From contig OZ219816.1 in the NCBI GenBank assembly GCA_964291235.2, positions 1,024,001 to 1,088,000 of the forward strand: a DNA stretch of 64,000 bases. The letters run 5' to 3'. Source of the stretch: Vicinamibacteria bacterium. GTDB lineage: Bacteria > Acidobacteriota > Vicinamibacteria > Marinacidobacterales > Marinacidobacteraceae. Under the pieces are notes generated by a model, which worked only from the letters and a program-made list of their open reading frames with translations, was not told where the DNA came from and ran no database searches. A program made the translations under genes and the position numbers. Shown here piece by piece: positions 19,540 to 29,509 of the stretch (its first letter is position 1; the number at the start of each line of letters is the position of its first letter).

Positions 19540-20886
19540 ATGCCCGCGAATCCCGCATCGCTGATCGAGGCCTCGCTTCGTCGCCGCAGTATGCCTGCGG
19601 CGTTTCGGCGCGGATTCCTCCGCTCGGTAGGCGCCGCCGCTCGCGGGCCGTGCCACCTTGGGGAAGCGGCCATCGAGCCGGTGACGGACCTCGCGCGCAT
19701 CGTCCCGGCGGGACGGACCGCATCGGCGCAGGAGTGTGCGCGCACGGTCGCGATCACCCTGAACGGCGGACTCGGAACGACGATGGGGATGCGGGCTCCG
19801 AAGGCGCTTCTCTACGCGACCGAGAACATGACGTTCCTCGACATCGCTCTCAGGCAAGCGGAGGCCGCCGGGGTCCGGTCGGTTCTGATGAACAGCTTTG
19901 CGACCGACGCGGCAGTTCGGCAGGCCGTGGGGGAGCGGGACGCTCGGAGTTTCCTGCAGCACGAGGCGCCGAAGCTCCGGCGGCGGGATTTTTGCCCGGT
20001 GCAGGTGCCCGAGCGGCCGGACCTCGAGTGGTGCCCACCCGGCCACGGCGACCTCTACACCGCGCTCGGCACGAGCGGCGTCTTGAAGGATCTGCTGGAC
20101 GAAGGCTTCCGCTACGCCTTCGTCTCCAACGTGGACAACGTGGGAGGCTGTCCCGATCCCGTGCTGCTCGCCCACTTCATCGGGTCCGGGGCGCCGTTCC
20201 TCATGGAGGTCGTCCGGCGGACGGCCGAGGATTGGAAGGGGGGGCATCTGGCCCGGCGGCGAAGCGACGGACGGATGGTCCTGCGGGAGACGGCGCAGTG
20301 CGCCCCCGAGGACCGGGACGCTTTCCGTGACCACGAGCGGTACTGCTACTTCAACGCCAACAATCTTTGGCTGCGGCTCGAGGCGCTTCGCGACGCCCTG
20401 GATCACGAACGGGGATTCCTCCCGCTTCCCACCATCGTGAATCCGAAGACCGCGGATCCGCGCGATCCCGCTTCCACGGAGGTGTTCCATCTGGAGCAGG
20501 CCGCCGGGACGGCGCTCGAAGTCTTCGAGGGGGCTCAGGCCGTCGAGGTGCCGAGGCGTCGGTTCGCGCCGGTGAAGACGACCGAGAACCTCCTGGTGCT
20601 CCGCTCGGACATCTACGCGATCGACGAGAACGGCCTCGTGGAACCCGCCCGCGAGCCACCGCCGGTGGCGCTTGACAGGGAGCGGTACCGCTTCATCAGC
20701 GATCTCGAAGCCCGTTTCCCATACGGGCCGCCTTCGCTGGTCGCCTGCGACCGGTTTCAGGTCAGCGGCGACGTCCGCTTCGGGAAGCAGGTGGCGTGCG
20801 AGGGGGAGGTGACGGTTCTGGGCCATCGGGACCGTCCCTCCCGCATTCCGGACGGGGCCCGCCTCCGGGGCGTGGTCCGGGTCTAG
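19540..20886 (+). CDS. UTP--glucose-1-phosphate uridylyltransferase, eukaryotic/UDPGP type
   Basis: LNGGLGTTMG..PK, LMNSF, WCPPGHGDLY, FVSNVDN, KGGHLA, FNANNLW, RFAPVKTT. Confidence 0.92.
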   Translation: MPANPASLIEASLRRRSMPAAFRRGFLRSVGAAARGPCHLGEAAIEPVTDLARIVPAGRTASAQECARTVAITLNGGLGTTMGMRAPKALLYATENMTFLDIALRQAEAAGVRSVLMNSFATDAAVRQAVGERDARSFLQHEAPKLRRRDFCPVQVPERPDLEWCPPGHGDLYTALGTSGVLKDLLDEGFRYAFVSNVDNVGGCPDPVLLAHFIGSGAPFLMEVVRRTAEDWKGGHLARRRSDGRMVLRETAQCAPEDRDAFRDHERYCYFNANNLWLRLEALRDALDHERGFLPLPTIVNPKTADPRDPASTEVFHLEQAAGTALEVFEGAQAVEVPRRRFAPVKTTENLLVLRSDIYAIDENGLVEPAREPPPVALDRERYRFISDLEARFPYGPPSLVACDRFQVSGDVRFGKQVACEGEVTVLGHRDRPSRIPDGARLRGVVRV

Positions 20887-21110
20887 CCGCCTCTGGCAAA
20901 ACCCAGCGGGCCGTAGGGCCGTGGGCCGTTCCCTCTGCCGAGCGCGGGCGGTTCCTTACCGATCGCCTTCACGGAGCCCCGCCGGGAGGGAAACCATCCG
21001 GCGTCGATCTCTGCGGCGCACGTATGAAAAATCCACGTCGCCCTTGCTGAGGTCGATCGCCACGCGGCGGGCGCAGCACATCCCGCGCGACTCGGGAAGG
21101 ACCGTGTTCG

Positions 21111-21401
21111 CTAAGTGGGGCGGCCCGTCAGCCAGTTCCATGGCTGGATCCGGGATTGGGAGAAGAGGCCAGCCTCGCCAAAGGGGCTGTGAGCGACGAA
21201 GTTCCGCGCCACCTCGAGTGAGGGCGCCTCGATGATCATGAGGCCGCCGACCACGGCCTGTGCGTCGTCATCCAGTGTCGCTCCCCCGTGATGGAGGGTC
21301 ACGCGCGAGTGGCTTTGAAGGTAGGCCTTCATTGCGTCGGATTCTCTGCGCCGGGTCGCTTCCATGCCGACCGTGTGGACGTTCCAAACGACAAAGTACA
21401 T
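21111..21401 (-). CDS. YciI family protein, 96 aa
   Basis: ATG after AAGGAG; GGATLDDD...GGLMIIEAPSLEVARNF..SPF..AGLF. Confidence 0.8.
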   Translation of the reverse strand: MYFVVWNVHTVGMEATRRRESDAMKAYLQSHSRVTLHHGGATLDDDAQAVVGGLMIIEAPSLEVARNFVAHSPFGEAGLFSQSRIQPWNWLTGRPT

Positions 21402-21633
21402 GTTGGTCTCCTTTTGTAGAGCGGTTGATTCATCAGTACACGAACAACCGTGCGCACAGCATACCGACGCATCAGAGGCCGCCGGTCCCGGGGTCGCGGG
21501 GACGACGGCCAGGGCCCCGGAGACGAACGCGGCGCCGTTTCGGCGCCGACATGAGGCCAGGGAGTCGTGGCGTCCGGTTCCCCGGCGCACGCGGCCGCGG
21601 CGACCAGCGGGGTCAGGGTCGCGAGGAGTCGTT

Positions 21634-23871
21634 TCAGGATGGTGACGTGGGTCCCGGTCTCGGGGAGTCCTGGGGTAGGGGAGCCGCGGCTTCGGCTTCG
21701 AAGCGGGCGGCGAGGAGGTAGCGGTACAGGTCAAGCGCGAGCCGTCCGCGGTGCTCCTCCAGCCAGCGCCGGGCGGACGGCGCGAGCACCATGGTCTCGC
21801 AGGTCCCCTCCGCCAGCACCGTGGGCGCGCTCTCGTCGGAAGGGGCCACCGGCCAGATCGCGTCGCCGGGGCCGTACTGAAGCAGGCGCGCCCCTTCGGC
21901 TCCAAGGGCGGAAGCCCGGCCGGAAGTCAGCAGTTGCAGGCCCTCGCTCGCCACCCCCGGACCGGCGAGAATTTCCCCGGCGGCGTAGCGGCGCGGGTGC
22001 AACCATTCTTGCAGTTCGTCCATCAGGTCTTCGAAACGGATCTGGCGCTCTAGATGACGCTCCAGATCGTCGGCGGTGCGCTCGAACAGCGCGGCGCGGC
22101 GCTCGTCCACTTCGCTCGCCTTCGCTCTCCACGCTTCGATGAGGATTTCCTCACAGCACTCCAGCGCGCGGTCGGTGTTCGGCTCGATCCGGACCGCCGC
22201 AAACTCCGGTGCGGGAAGGTTGCGCTGCAGGCCTCTGCCGAGTTGCTCCGAAGGCGCGCCCAGCACCACGTTCACCCCGGCGGCGTTCGCTGCCCGCAGG
22301 AACCTCGCGAGGACGTTCACCGCCGAGAAGTCGGAGCCGGACACCTTCGTGAAGTCAAGCAGCAGACAGGCCGGCCGCGGATCGCCGCTCAGGGACCTCC
22401 GGAGCTGATCGGCCAGCGGGGTCACGCTGCCGAAGAAGAGGTAGCCGCGTAGCCGGTATCCGAGGAAGCGCCCGCCCTCCTCCAGCAGGATGGCGCGATC
22501 CGGGACCGAACGCGCCCTGGTGCTCCGGAGTTCGCGCGCGCTGAAGCGCGATTCGATCGGGTCCACGCGGCTCAGGCGCACGGCGAAGAACACGAGGGTC
22601 GCCAAGATGCCCGTACCCACACCCTCGAACAGGCCGAACGCGACGATGACCACCGCGATCAGCACGATGATGCCGTACTCCGACCCGGGGAGCCGCTTTC
22701 GGCTCTTGACGAGCCCTTCGTCCAGCATGCTGAAACCGGCGAAGAACAGGATGCCTCCCACGAGCGCTACCGGGACCAGTTCCAGCATGCCGTCGCCCAG
22801 GAAGAGCGCCGCCGCAATTACGAGCGCGGCGACGACGCCGGTCAGTCGGGTGGCCGCTCCGAACAGCTTGCTGCGTAGCGATGCCGGGACGATCATGCTT
22901 GCGGCGGTGCCTCCGCCGAAACCGGCCACCACGCTGGCGAGCCCCGTGGCGCGAAACTCGCGGTCCCAGTCCAGATCCTGGTTCGCGGCCATCTCGAGCC
23001 CGGCGAGATTCATGATCACCACGATGAGCGCGACCAGTACCAGCATCAGCATGGTCGGTAGCTGCGGGACCATCGCCCCCCAGTCCACCAGTCCCAGATC
23101 CGCCGGATGCAGGGCCGGCCACAGGTTGCCGTCCGAAGTGCTCGCCAGCAGGAATCCCGCCGTCCTCGCCTGGTCGCCGGAGATGTCGAGGGTGGCGAGT
23201 CCGAGGTGGTACCCGCCAACGGCGAGCGCAACGCTGACCGGCAAAATCCAGGAGCGGCGCCACCGCTTCATCGAGAGGTAGAGGGCGAGCCCGAACGCCG
23301 CTCCGGGAGCCCACTTCCACAACTGCGGGGTTTGCACCAGCGCCGGAATCGTGCGCCAGTCGGGTTCCGCCCCCATCAGGGACATGGCGGCGAGGCAGAC
23401 GGCGGCGCCGATGCCGGCCACGAAGCCACCTGCCACCGGATAGGGGACGAAGCGCACCAGGTTGGCGAGCCGGTAGCGCCCGATCAGCAAAAAGAACGCG
23501 CCGGTGATGACGGCGCTGATCATGAGGGCACTGGTGGCGGTGACGAACAGCACGTCGCCTTCGACAGCTATCGTGGCGCCGATCAGCGCCATCACCACGA
23601 CCAGCGCCGGGGACAGCCCCGAGATCGCCCCGCGAAAGCCGCCCGCCAGGGCGATGACCAGGCAGGCGGCGAAGTTCCCGAACAGCACCAGGCCGACACC
23701 CTGGGACGCATACGGCGCCAGCGGTCCGGAAAAAATGAGGGTCCCGTAGGCGATCTGCGCAACGAGCAGACCGAGGCCCGTGGTCAAGCCCGTCACCAGT
23801 GCCGGGACGGCTTTCGGCGACCCGGCATCGGCGCGAAGCTCCGATGCGAGATTGCGTAACCGGGACATCAT
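21634..23871 (-). CDS. SulP/SLC26 anion transporter with STAS and degenerate cNMP-binding domains
   Basis: RFVPYPVAGGFVAGIG, DWDREFRATG, LRGYLFFGS, LLDFTKVSGSDFSA. Confidence 0.88.
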   Translation of the reverse strand: MMSRLRNLASELRADAGSPKAVPALVTGLTTGLGLLVAQIAYGTLIFSGPLAPYASQGVGLVLFGNFAACLVIALAGGFRGAISGLSPALVVVMALIGATIAVEGDVLFVTATSALMISAVITGAFFLLIGRYRLANLVRFVPYPVAGGFVAGIGAAVCLAAMSLMGAEPDWRTIPALVQTPQLWKWAPGAAFGLALYLSMKRWRRSWILPVSVALAVGGYHLGLATLDISGDQARTAGFLLASTSDGNLWPALHPADLGLVDWGAMVPQLPTMLMLVLVALIVVIMNLAGLEMAANQDLDWDREFRATGLASVVAGFGGGTAASMIVPASLRSKLFGAATRLTGVVAALVIAAALFLGDGMLELVPVALVGGILFFAGFSMLDEGLVKSRKRLPGSEYGIIVLIAVVIVAFGLFEGVGTGILATLVFFAVRLSRVDPIESRFSARELRSTRARSVPDRAILLEEGGRFLGYRLRGYLFFGSVTPLADQLRRSLSGDPRPACLLLDFTKVSGSDFSAVNVLARFLRAANAAGVNVVLGAPSEQLGRGLQRNLPAPEFAAVRIEPNTDRALECCEEILIEAWRAKASEVDERRAALFERTADDLERHLERQIRFEDLMDELQEWLHPRRYAAGEILAGPGVASEGLQLLTSGRASALGAEGARLLQYGPGDAIWPVAPSDESAPTVLAEGTCETMVLAPSARRWLEEHRGRLALDLYRYLLAARFEAEAAAPLPQDSPRPGPTSPS

Positions 23872-23919
23872 CCTGAACAGCCGGTAGGGAAGGTGGCGTC
23901 AGCACCGAAGACGGGGAGA

Positions 23920-24122
23920 ACCGGCCCGGGTGTAGTTCGACCGAAACGCAACCATGAGGACCGCCTGGCGGCCGCTTTCAGGCGGGATGCATCGCCGTTC
24001 CCCTCCGGAGGGGGGCGAGAGCCCCGCACCGGGCCCGGAGCGAGAGGGGCAGGGGGTGGGCCTACCCGGTCCCCATCCCTGTTGGCTTGGGCATGCCGCG
24101 TGACGTTCTGCAAAGGCCGTTT
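23920..24122 (-). mobile_element. Degenerate MITE copy (family A)
   Basis: Reverse complement aligns to 30339-30550 (CTCTCGCTCCGGG, GCGATGCATCCCG, GTTGCGTTTCGGTCGAA); boundaries approximate. Confidence 0.7.
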
Positions 24123-24402
24123 GGGTCTCCGGCGAGCGGGTTCCGCGCCGCCGACCGAAATCGTTCGCTCCCCCGGTCCCCAGCAGCAGAATCGACTTGC
24201 TTCAGGGGGAGCATACGGGAGGCGACGTGATGGCGCTCGCCGCGCGCCCGTTTCCGGAATCGGACAGGCGCGCCCCAGGATCGTTCAGACGGGCACCGTT
24301 GTGCGCAGGGCCGCGGAGATGTGTACAGCGGCGCTCCTTCAGGGGATGACCGCATTCCCCCCGGGCGGTCCCGGCTAGAATCCGCGCTTCCCAACTCTCC
24401 TC

Positions 24403-25089
24403 ATGCGCGGCGAACAACGACACAAACTTGAGACCGATGCTCTCCTGCTGCGGGTTGAGCAGGCGGTGGACTGGGCGCAGGCGAATCGCCGGAGCCTGGT
24501 GACCATCATCGCGGCCACGGTCGGAGTCGCCCTTCTGGCCGGAGGTCTGCTGGTGAACCGGAGCAACCGGAAAGAGGCGGCGCGGACCAGGCTCGGAGCC
24601 ATCACGACCGAGATCCAGCAGGTGACCGGAGGAGTCGAGGGCCAGCGCGGACCGTGCGAGGCCTCCCTCTCCGAACTCGAACGGCTGGCCGAAAGTGAAG
24701 GAAATTCTCTGGAGGGCCGAACGGCGCGCTACTACGCCGGGGTATGTCAACGCGCGCTCGGGGACTACGACGAGGCCGCCGCGAGCTTCGAAGCGGCTCG
24801 GGGGCGCAGCGATCTGCTGGGCGAGTTGGCCACGCTCGGTCTTGCCGGGGTCCAGCGCACCTCCGGCATGGGCGAGGAGGCTGCTCTTGCGTATCGCAGT
24901 CTCCTGGACGGGGGCGGTGAACTGCCTCTGGACCCGGTGCTGTTCGAACTCGGGGTCCTCGAGGAGGAACAGGGACGGCCGGAAGCGGCGAGCGAACTCT
25001 ACGAGCGAATTGTCGAGGAGTATCCCGCCTCCGCTTTCCGGGACCTTGCGGAAACCCGCAAGGAGCGACTCCCCGACCTGTCCCGCTGA
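24403..25089 (+). CDS. YfgM-like TPR membrane protein
   Basis: Single N-terminal TM helix then TPR-like helices (ARYYAG, LFELG, YERIVEEYP). Confidence 0.75.
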   Translation: MRGEQRHKLETDALLLRVEQAVDWAQANRRSLVTIIAATVGVALLAGGLLVNRSNRKEAARTRLGAITTEIQQVTGGVEGQRGPCEASLSELERLAESEGNSLEGRTARYYAGVCQRALGDYDEAAASFEAARGRSDLLGELATLGLAGVQRTSGMGEEAALAYRSLLDGGGELPLDPVLFELGVLEEEQGRPEAASELYERIVEEYPASAFRDLAETRKERLPDLSR

Positions 25090-25179
25090 CCTGACCGTTC
25101 TCGCTGACCCTGCCGGTCCCACCGAGGTGGTTGCGCGCCCGGTAGGGCAGCCCCGCCGGAAGGCCGGGAAGACCTTGGT

Positions 25180-26922
25180 GTGAAGGAGATGTCCGAAACC
25201 GTCTCCAGGCTCGGAGCGCCGCCACCGCCGCCGGGACCGCGCCGCCGTGCGGGTTCGGGTTGCCTCGTCAGCGCGATGCTGGTCATGGCGGTGGTGGTTG
25301 GGGTGGGGCTCCTGGCGCTTGGGGCGGCGTTCGTGCTCGGGGAAGGCCCGCGGGTTTCCGAGGGGAGTGTTCTGGTTGTGGGAACGGACGCCGAGTATCC
25401 CGAAACCGTTCCCTATACGCCCTTTCTTTTCGCGGACGCCGGACCGAGTTTTGGCGAGTTGATCCGCGGAATGTCCCGCGCCGCCGAGGATTCCCGCATC
25501 GCCGCGCTTCACCTGCGCGTCGGCAACACCCGGCTCGGGTGGGCGCGGGCGCGCGAACTGCGCGACGCCGCCCGGCGCTTTCAGGACGCCGGAAAGCGGG
25601 TCACCGCTTCGGTCGAATACGCCGGGCTCCTGGACTACTACCTCGCGAGTGTCGCCGACCGGGTCCACATGCATCCGCGCGGCCAGCTCGGGCTCTTCGG
25701 CGTCTCAATGGAGGTGATGTTCTTTGCGGGGCTCTTCGAGAAGCTGGGGATCGAGGCGCAGTTCGAGGCGATCGGTCCCTACAAGACGAGCCCCGACGTC
25801 TTCACCGGCTCCCGGATGAGCGCCGAGCACCGCGAGCAGCTCGAGGCCCTCGGGGAAGAGTTCCGAATGACGGTGGCGGAGGCGGTAGCCGGCGCTCGCG
25901 GCCTGACCCCGGAGGAGGGCGACCGCCTGCTTCGAGACGGCCCCTACACGGGGAGCCGGGCGCTCGCGAGCGGACTCGTGGACGTCCTGAGCTATCACGA
26001 TCAGGTCCGGGATGACGTCGGCGACGAGTTCGTGGACATCACGCAGTATGTGACCTCCGTGCGTTCGGGTCTGCCGGACGCCGAAGCCCGGGTCGCGGTC
26101 GTTCATGTGGACGGGGCGATTCTTCCCGGCAAGAGCCGAGCGGACCTCACCGCGGGAAGGGTTGCCGGAGCGGAGACCATCGCCGAGGCGCTCGCCTGGG
26201 CGGAGGAGGAACCCTCCGTGGACGCGGTGGTCCTGCGGGTTTCGAGCCCCGGGGGTAGTGATTCGGCGTCCGACACGATCTGGCGCGCGGCGGAGCGGGT
26301 ACGCGAAGTGAAACCGGTCATTGCCTCTTTCGGCGACACCGCCGCGTCGGGTGGGTACTGGGTCTCGACGGCGGCGCGGCGGGTGGTCGCAGAACCCCTT
26401 ACCGTCACCGGTTCCATCGGCGTCTTTGTCGGAAAGTTCAGCATCGGAGAGTTGCTGGAAAAAATCGGACTTACGACCGAGGTCGTTTCGGCCGGCGGCA
26501 AGCCGAGTTGGCTCAGCCCCTCCCGGCCGCTCGACGAGCAGGACCTCGATCGTCTCCGCGAGGGCGCCGCGGAGATCTACGGAACGTTTCTGGAGCGGGT
26601 GGCGGCGGCCCGCTCCATGACGACCGCCGAGGTGGACGCCATCGGCCAGGGACGGGTCTTCACCGGCCGTCAGGCCCTCGAGGCGGGTCTCGTGGACGAG
26701 CTGGGCGGTCTCGAGGATGCGGTGCGCATCGCCGCGGTCGAGGCGGGATACGCGCCGGACGCGCGCATCGACACGATTGCGCTGCCGGAACCGCCGAGTC
26801 TCGCCGAGGCGATCGAGGCGGAGCTCCGCTCCGGAGGTCTGCGCGAGCGGCTCCCGCTACTCGACGCGGCGCTCCGGGGTACCCGGATGGCGCTGCTGCC
26901 GTTCGTTCCCCGGTTTCGCTAG
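25180..26922 (+). CDS. sppA: Signal peptide peptidase SppA (67K type)
   Basis: YYLAS, GPYKT, LRVSSPGG, AASGGYW, TGSIGV, GRVFTGRQA..GLVDELGG. Confidence 0.93.
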   Translation: MKEMSETVSRLGAPPPPPGPRRRAGSGCLVSAMLVMAVVVGVGLLALGAAFVLGEGPRVSEGSVLVVGTDAEYPETVPYTPFLFADAGPSFGELIRGMSRAAEDSRIAALHLRVGNTRLGWARARELRDAARRFQDAGKRVTASVEYAGLLDYYLASVADRVHMHPRGQLGLFGVSMEVMFFAGLFEKLGIEAQFEAIGPYKTSPDVFTGSRMSAEHREQLEALGEEFRMTVAEAVAGARGLTPEEGDRLLRDGPYTGSRALASGLVDVLSYHDQVRDDVGDEFVDITQYVTSVRSGLPDAEARVAVVHVDGAILPGKSRADLTAGRVAGAETIAEALAWAEEEPSVDAVVLRVSSPGGSDSASDTIWRAAERVREVKPVIASFGDTAASGGYWVSTAARRVVAEPLTVTGSIGVFVGKFSIGELLEKIGLTTEVVSAGGKPSWLSPSRPLDEQDLDRLREGAAEIYGTFLERVAAARSMTTAEVDAIGQGRVFTGRQALEAGLVDELGGLEDAVRIAAVEAGYAPDARIDTIALPEPPSLAEAIEAELRSGGLRERLPLLDAALRGTRMALLPFVPRFR

Positions 26923-26937
26923 GCGGAAACCGCCCTT

Positions 26938-27690
26938 TCAGAGACCGCTCAGGTAACTGGCGCCGCCGAGCTGCGCTACCGCCGCCTGGATCTCGCGGGT
27001 CCGACGGGTCACATATTCCGATGGTTGTGCCGCTGACATGCGTTTGGGGCTCGGGAGTACGGCGACCAGGGTCGCGGCCTGGCGAGGAGTGAGGTCACCC
27101 GGTTCCCGGCCGAATGCATGCCGGCTTGCCGCCAACACCCCGAAGATGCCGGGACCAAACTCGGCCACGTTCAGATAGACCTCGAGGATCCGACGCTTCG
27201 GCCACATGAGTTCGAGGGCGACGGTGAAGTACGCCTCGAGGCCCTTCCGGACAAGGTTCTGGCCTGGCCAGAGGTAGAGATTCTTGGCGACCTGCTGCGA
27301 GATGGTGCTGGCGCCCCGGAGGCGTCCGCCGCGGCGGTTCCGCTCCAGCGCGTCGGAGATGGCGTCGAGGTCAAAACCGAAATGGTCGGGGAACTTCTGG
27401 TCTTCGGCTGCCACCGCGGCGATGGGAAGGTGGGGCGAGATGGCGTCGCGGGGCGCCCACTGGTAGTGGACCGTTCCCTCGCCCACGATGCGCTCGCGGA
27501 GCATGAAGGCGCTGGTCGGCGGCGGAATCCAGCGCCACGGCAGCACCAGGACGACCGTCAGAGCGACCCACGCGCCCGCCACCATGAGGGCCAGCCGGGT
27601 AAACCGGCCCAAACGCCGTTTGCCGCTCCCGGAAGCCGGGGCAGCGGGTTCGCTACGGTCCGGTTGGATCTGGGTCTCGATAGGCGCCAT
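26938..27690 (-). CDS. mtgA: Monofunctional peptidoglycan transglycosylase
   Basis: AAEDQKFPDHFGFD, RGASTISQQVAKNLYLW, RKGLE, KRRILEVYLNVAEFG. Confidence 0.95.
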   Translation of the reverse strand: MAPIETQIQPDRSEPAAPASGSGKRRLGRFTRLALMVAGAWVALTVVLVLPWRWIPPPTSAFMLRERIVGEGTVHYQWAPRDAISPHLPIAAVAAEDQKFPDHFGFDLDAISDALERNRRGGRLRGASTISQQVAKNLYLWPGQNLVRKGLEAYFTVALELMWPKRRILEVYLNVAEFGPGIFGVLAASRHAFGREPGDLTPRQAATLVAVLPSPKRMSAAQPSEYVTRRTREIQAAVAQLGGASYLSGL

Positions 27691-29308
27691 CACCCGTGGT
27701 TTGCTCGATTGCCAGCGTCCGGGTGGGGAAGGCGAAGTCCACGCCGATCTCCTTCGCCAGCCGCAGGATGGAAAGCAGGAAGTTGTGCCGCTCGGACAAC
27801 TCGGCATGCCAGTCGGGAACCCGGAAGAAGCAGTAAACGAGAACATCCACCGACGAATCCGAAAAGCGATTCAGGTGGATCTCGAAATAGTCGTGGCGCA
27901 TCGCCGGGTTCTTGAGGATGAGACCCTGTACGCCATCGACGAACGCCTGGATGCGATCGGGGTCGGTGTCGTAGCGCAGCGACAGCATGTGTTTCATCCG
28001 TCGGTACTTGCGCTGTCCCATGTTGTCCACGATCGAGTTCACGACCTTGCTGTTCGGGACGCTGACCACGGAGTCGTAGAAGGTGCGGACGCGGGTTGAG
28101 CGCAGGCCGACCCGCTCGACCGTTCCCTCGTAGCCGTCCACCAGAACCCAGTCGCCGACCTGGAACGGCCGGTCGCCGACGATGGCGAGGGAACCCATCA
28201 CGTTCGCGAGGGTGTCCTGTGCTGCGAGGGCAATGGCGAGACCTCCGAGTCCGAGACCGGCGACCAGAGTGGTGATCGAGTACCCCTGGCTCTGGGCAAT
28301 CAACAGGATTGCAACGATGAGCGAGCCGACGCGCAGGGCCGTGCGGGCGAGAGGAACCAGGTGGTCGTCCACCTTGGTCTCGGTCTTCGCGGTAATGGCT
28401 TCGAGTCGGGTACAGAGCGCGTCGATGGCCCGGTAGGCGAACCAGACCGCGATCGCGGCCAACGTCAGGTCGAGGAGGACCGTCAGTACCTGGTTGATCA
28501 GTACCGGAAACCGCAAGTCCGCGAGGAAGCGGCGGAAGACCCACACCGAGGCGAGCCACGAAGCCGGCACGGCCGCCGCCGCCATTTCCTCGACGGCCCA
28601 GCCGGCGCGCCGGTTTGCGAAGCGGACCAGGAAGCCCCGAAAGAAGAGGCCGAAAAGCCACTGGGCGGCCCAGGCGAGGCCGGCGAGGATGCCGAGGCCG
28701 ATGAGTTGCCAGAGCGTGAAGCCCAGAAAGGAACGTTCCACCACGGGAGGGAGCAGGTCGAGGAGCCGACGGGCGTACCACGAGAAGGTGCTCTCATAGA
28801 GGCTCTCGGCAGCCCCTACGGTGCGCGCCGAGATCTGCCACGCCCGATCCTCGCCCCGCCGGAGCTGGAATTCCGGAAGCCGGATCGGGAAGGGCGTGAA
28901 GACGGCCTCGCGGGCGTCCGGGTCCACGTACTCCGGGTCCGCGGGCACGGCCTCCATGCGCACGAACAGGCCCCGGCCATCGAGAACCGACTTGAGCTGG
29001 CTGGCGACGAGACGCCGTTCGCCCGAAGCGACGCTCGGGTCGAAGTTGAGGGTTGCGGTGACCGAGTCCCAGGAGATCTCGTCCGCCAGCTGCCCCCCGA
29101 GAAAGGTGTTAAGGGTCGTTCGCGGACTGCGTAGATCCTCGGGGACCGACGACGCCGGAGCCTGAGCGCCGGCGGTCGTGGCCGAGGCGAGCAGCGCGAG
29201 GGCTAACAGCCCGTGGTGAAAAACCCGTGAGCGCCGCTCGAGCCCCCACCGGGAGAACTGGGACGCGGGGGTTTTGCCACCGGCTGTTGATGCGGGTCGG
29301 AAGATCAT
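27653..29308 (-). CDS. MscS mechanosensitive channel with periplasmic N-terminal domain
   Basis: AGLGLGGLAIALAAQDTLAN, DRPFQVGD, GTVERVGLRSTRVRT, FAFPTRT; start 29308 or 29326. Confidence 0.9.
   Translation of the reverse strand: MIFRPASTAGGKTPASQFSRWGLERRSRVFHHGLLALALLASATTAGAQAPASSVPEDLRSPRTTLNTFLGGQLADEISWDSVTATLNFDPSVASGERRLVASQLKSVLDGRGLFVRMEAVPADPEYVDPDAREAVFTPFPIRLPEFQLRRGEDRAWQISARTVGAAESLYESTFSWYARRLLDLLPPVVERSFLGFTLWQLIGLGILAGLAWAAQWLFGLFFRGFLVRFANRRAGWAVEEMAAAAVPASWLASVWVFRRFLADLRFPVLINQVLTVLLDLTLAAIAVWFAYRAIDALCTRLEAITAKTETKVDDHLVPLARTALRVGSLIVAILLIAQSQGYSITTLVAGLGLGGLAIALAAQDTLANVMGSLAIVGDRPFQVGDWVLVDGYEGTVERVGLRSTRVRTFYDSVVSVPNSKVVNSIVDNMGQRKYRRMKHMLSLRYDTDPDRIQAFVDGVQGLILKNPAMRHDYFEIHLNRFSDSSVDVLVYCFFRVPDWHAELSERHNFLLSILRLAKEIGVDFAFPTRTLAIEQTTGDGAYRDPDPTGP
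29204..29290 (-). mobile_element. Minimal MITE (family A) lying in frame inside the mscS 5' region
   Basis: Both family-A ends (ACAGCCGGTGGCAAAACC and TTTCACCACGGGCTGTTA) plus the core CCAGTTCTCCCGGTGGGGG. Confidence 0.75.
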
Positions 29309-29355
29309 GCGAGCTTGATCACTCATGGGCGCTCCAAGGGGTATGCCGGGCGGCG

Positions 29356-29429
29356 TACGCCTGGCAGGACTCGAACCTGCGACCTACGGATTAGGAATCC
29401 GTCGCTCTATCCACCTGAGCTACAGGCGC
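29356..29429 (-). tRNA. tRNA-Arg(CCT), CCA not encoded
   Basis: GCGCCTG...CAGGCGT-A; anticodon arm ACGGA-TTCCTAA-TCCGT; GTTCGAGTC. Confidence 0.96.
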
Positions 29430-29509
29430 ATCGATTGCCGGACGACGCGCGGGCAATCGTAGCGCCTGAACTGGTCAACAAATCGCCGGGAGGAACGCTT
29501 CGGAGGCCG

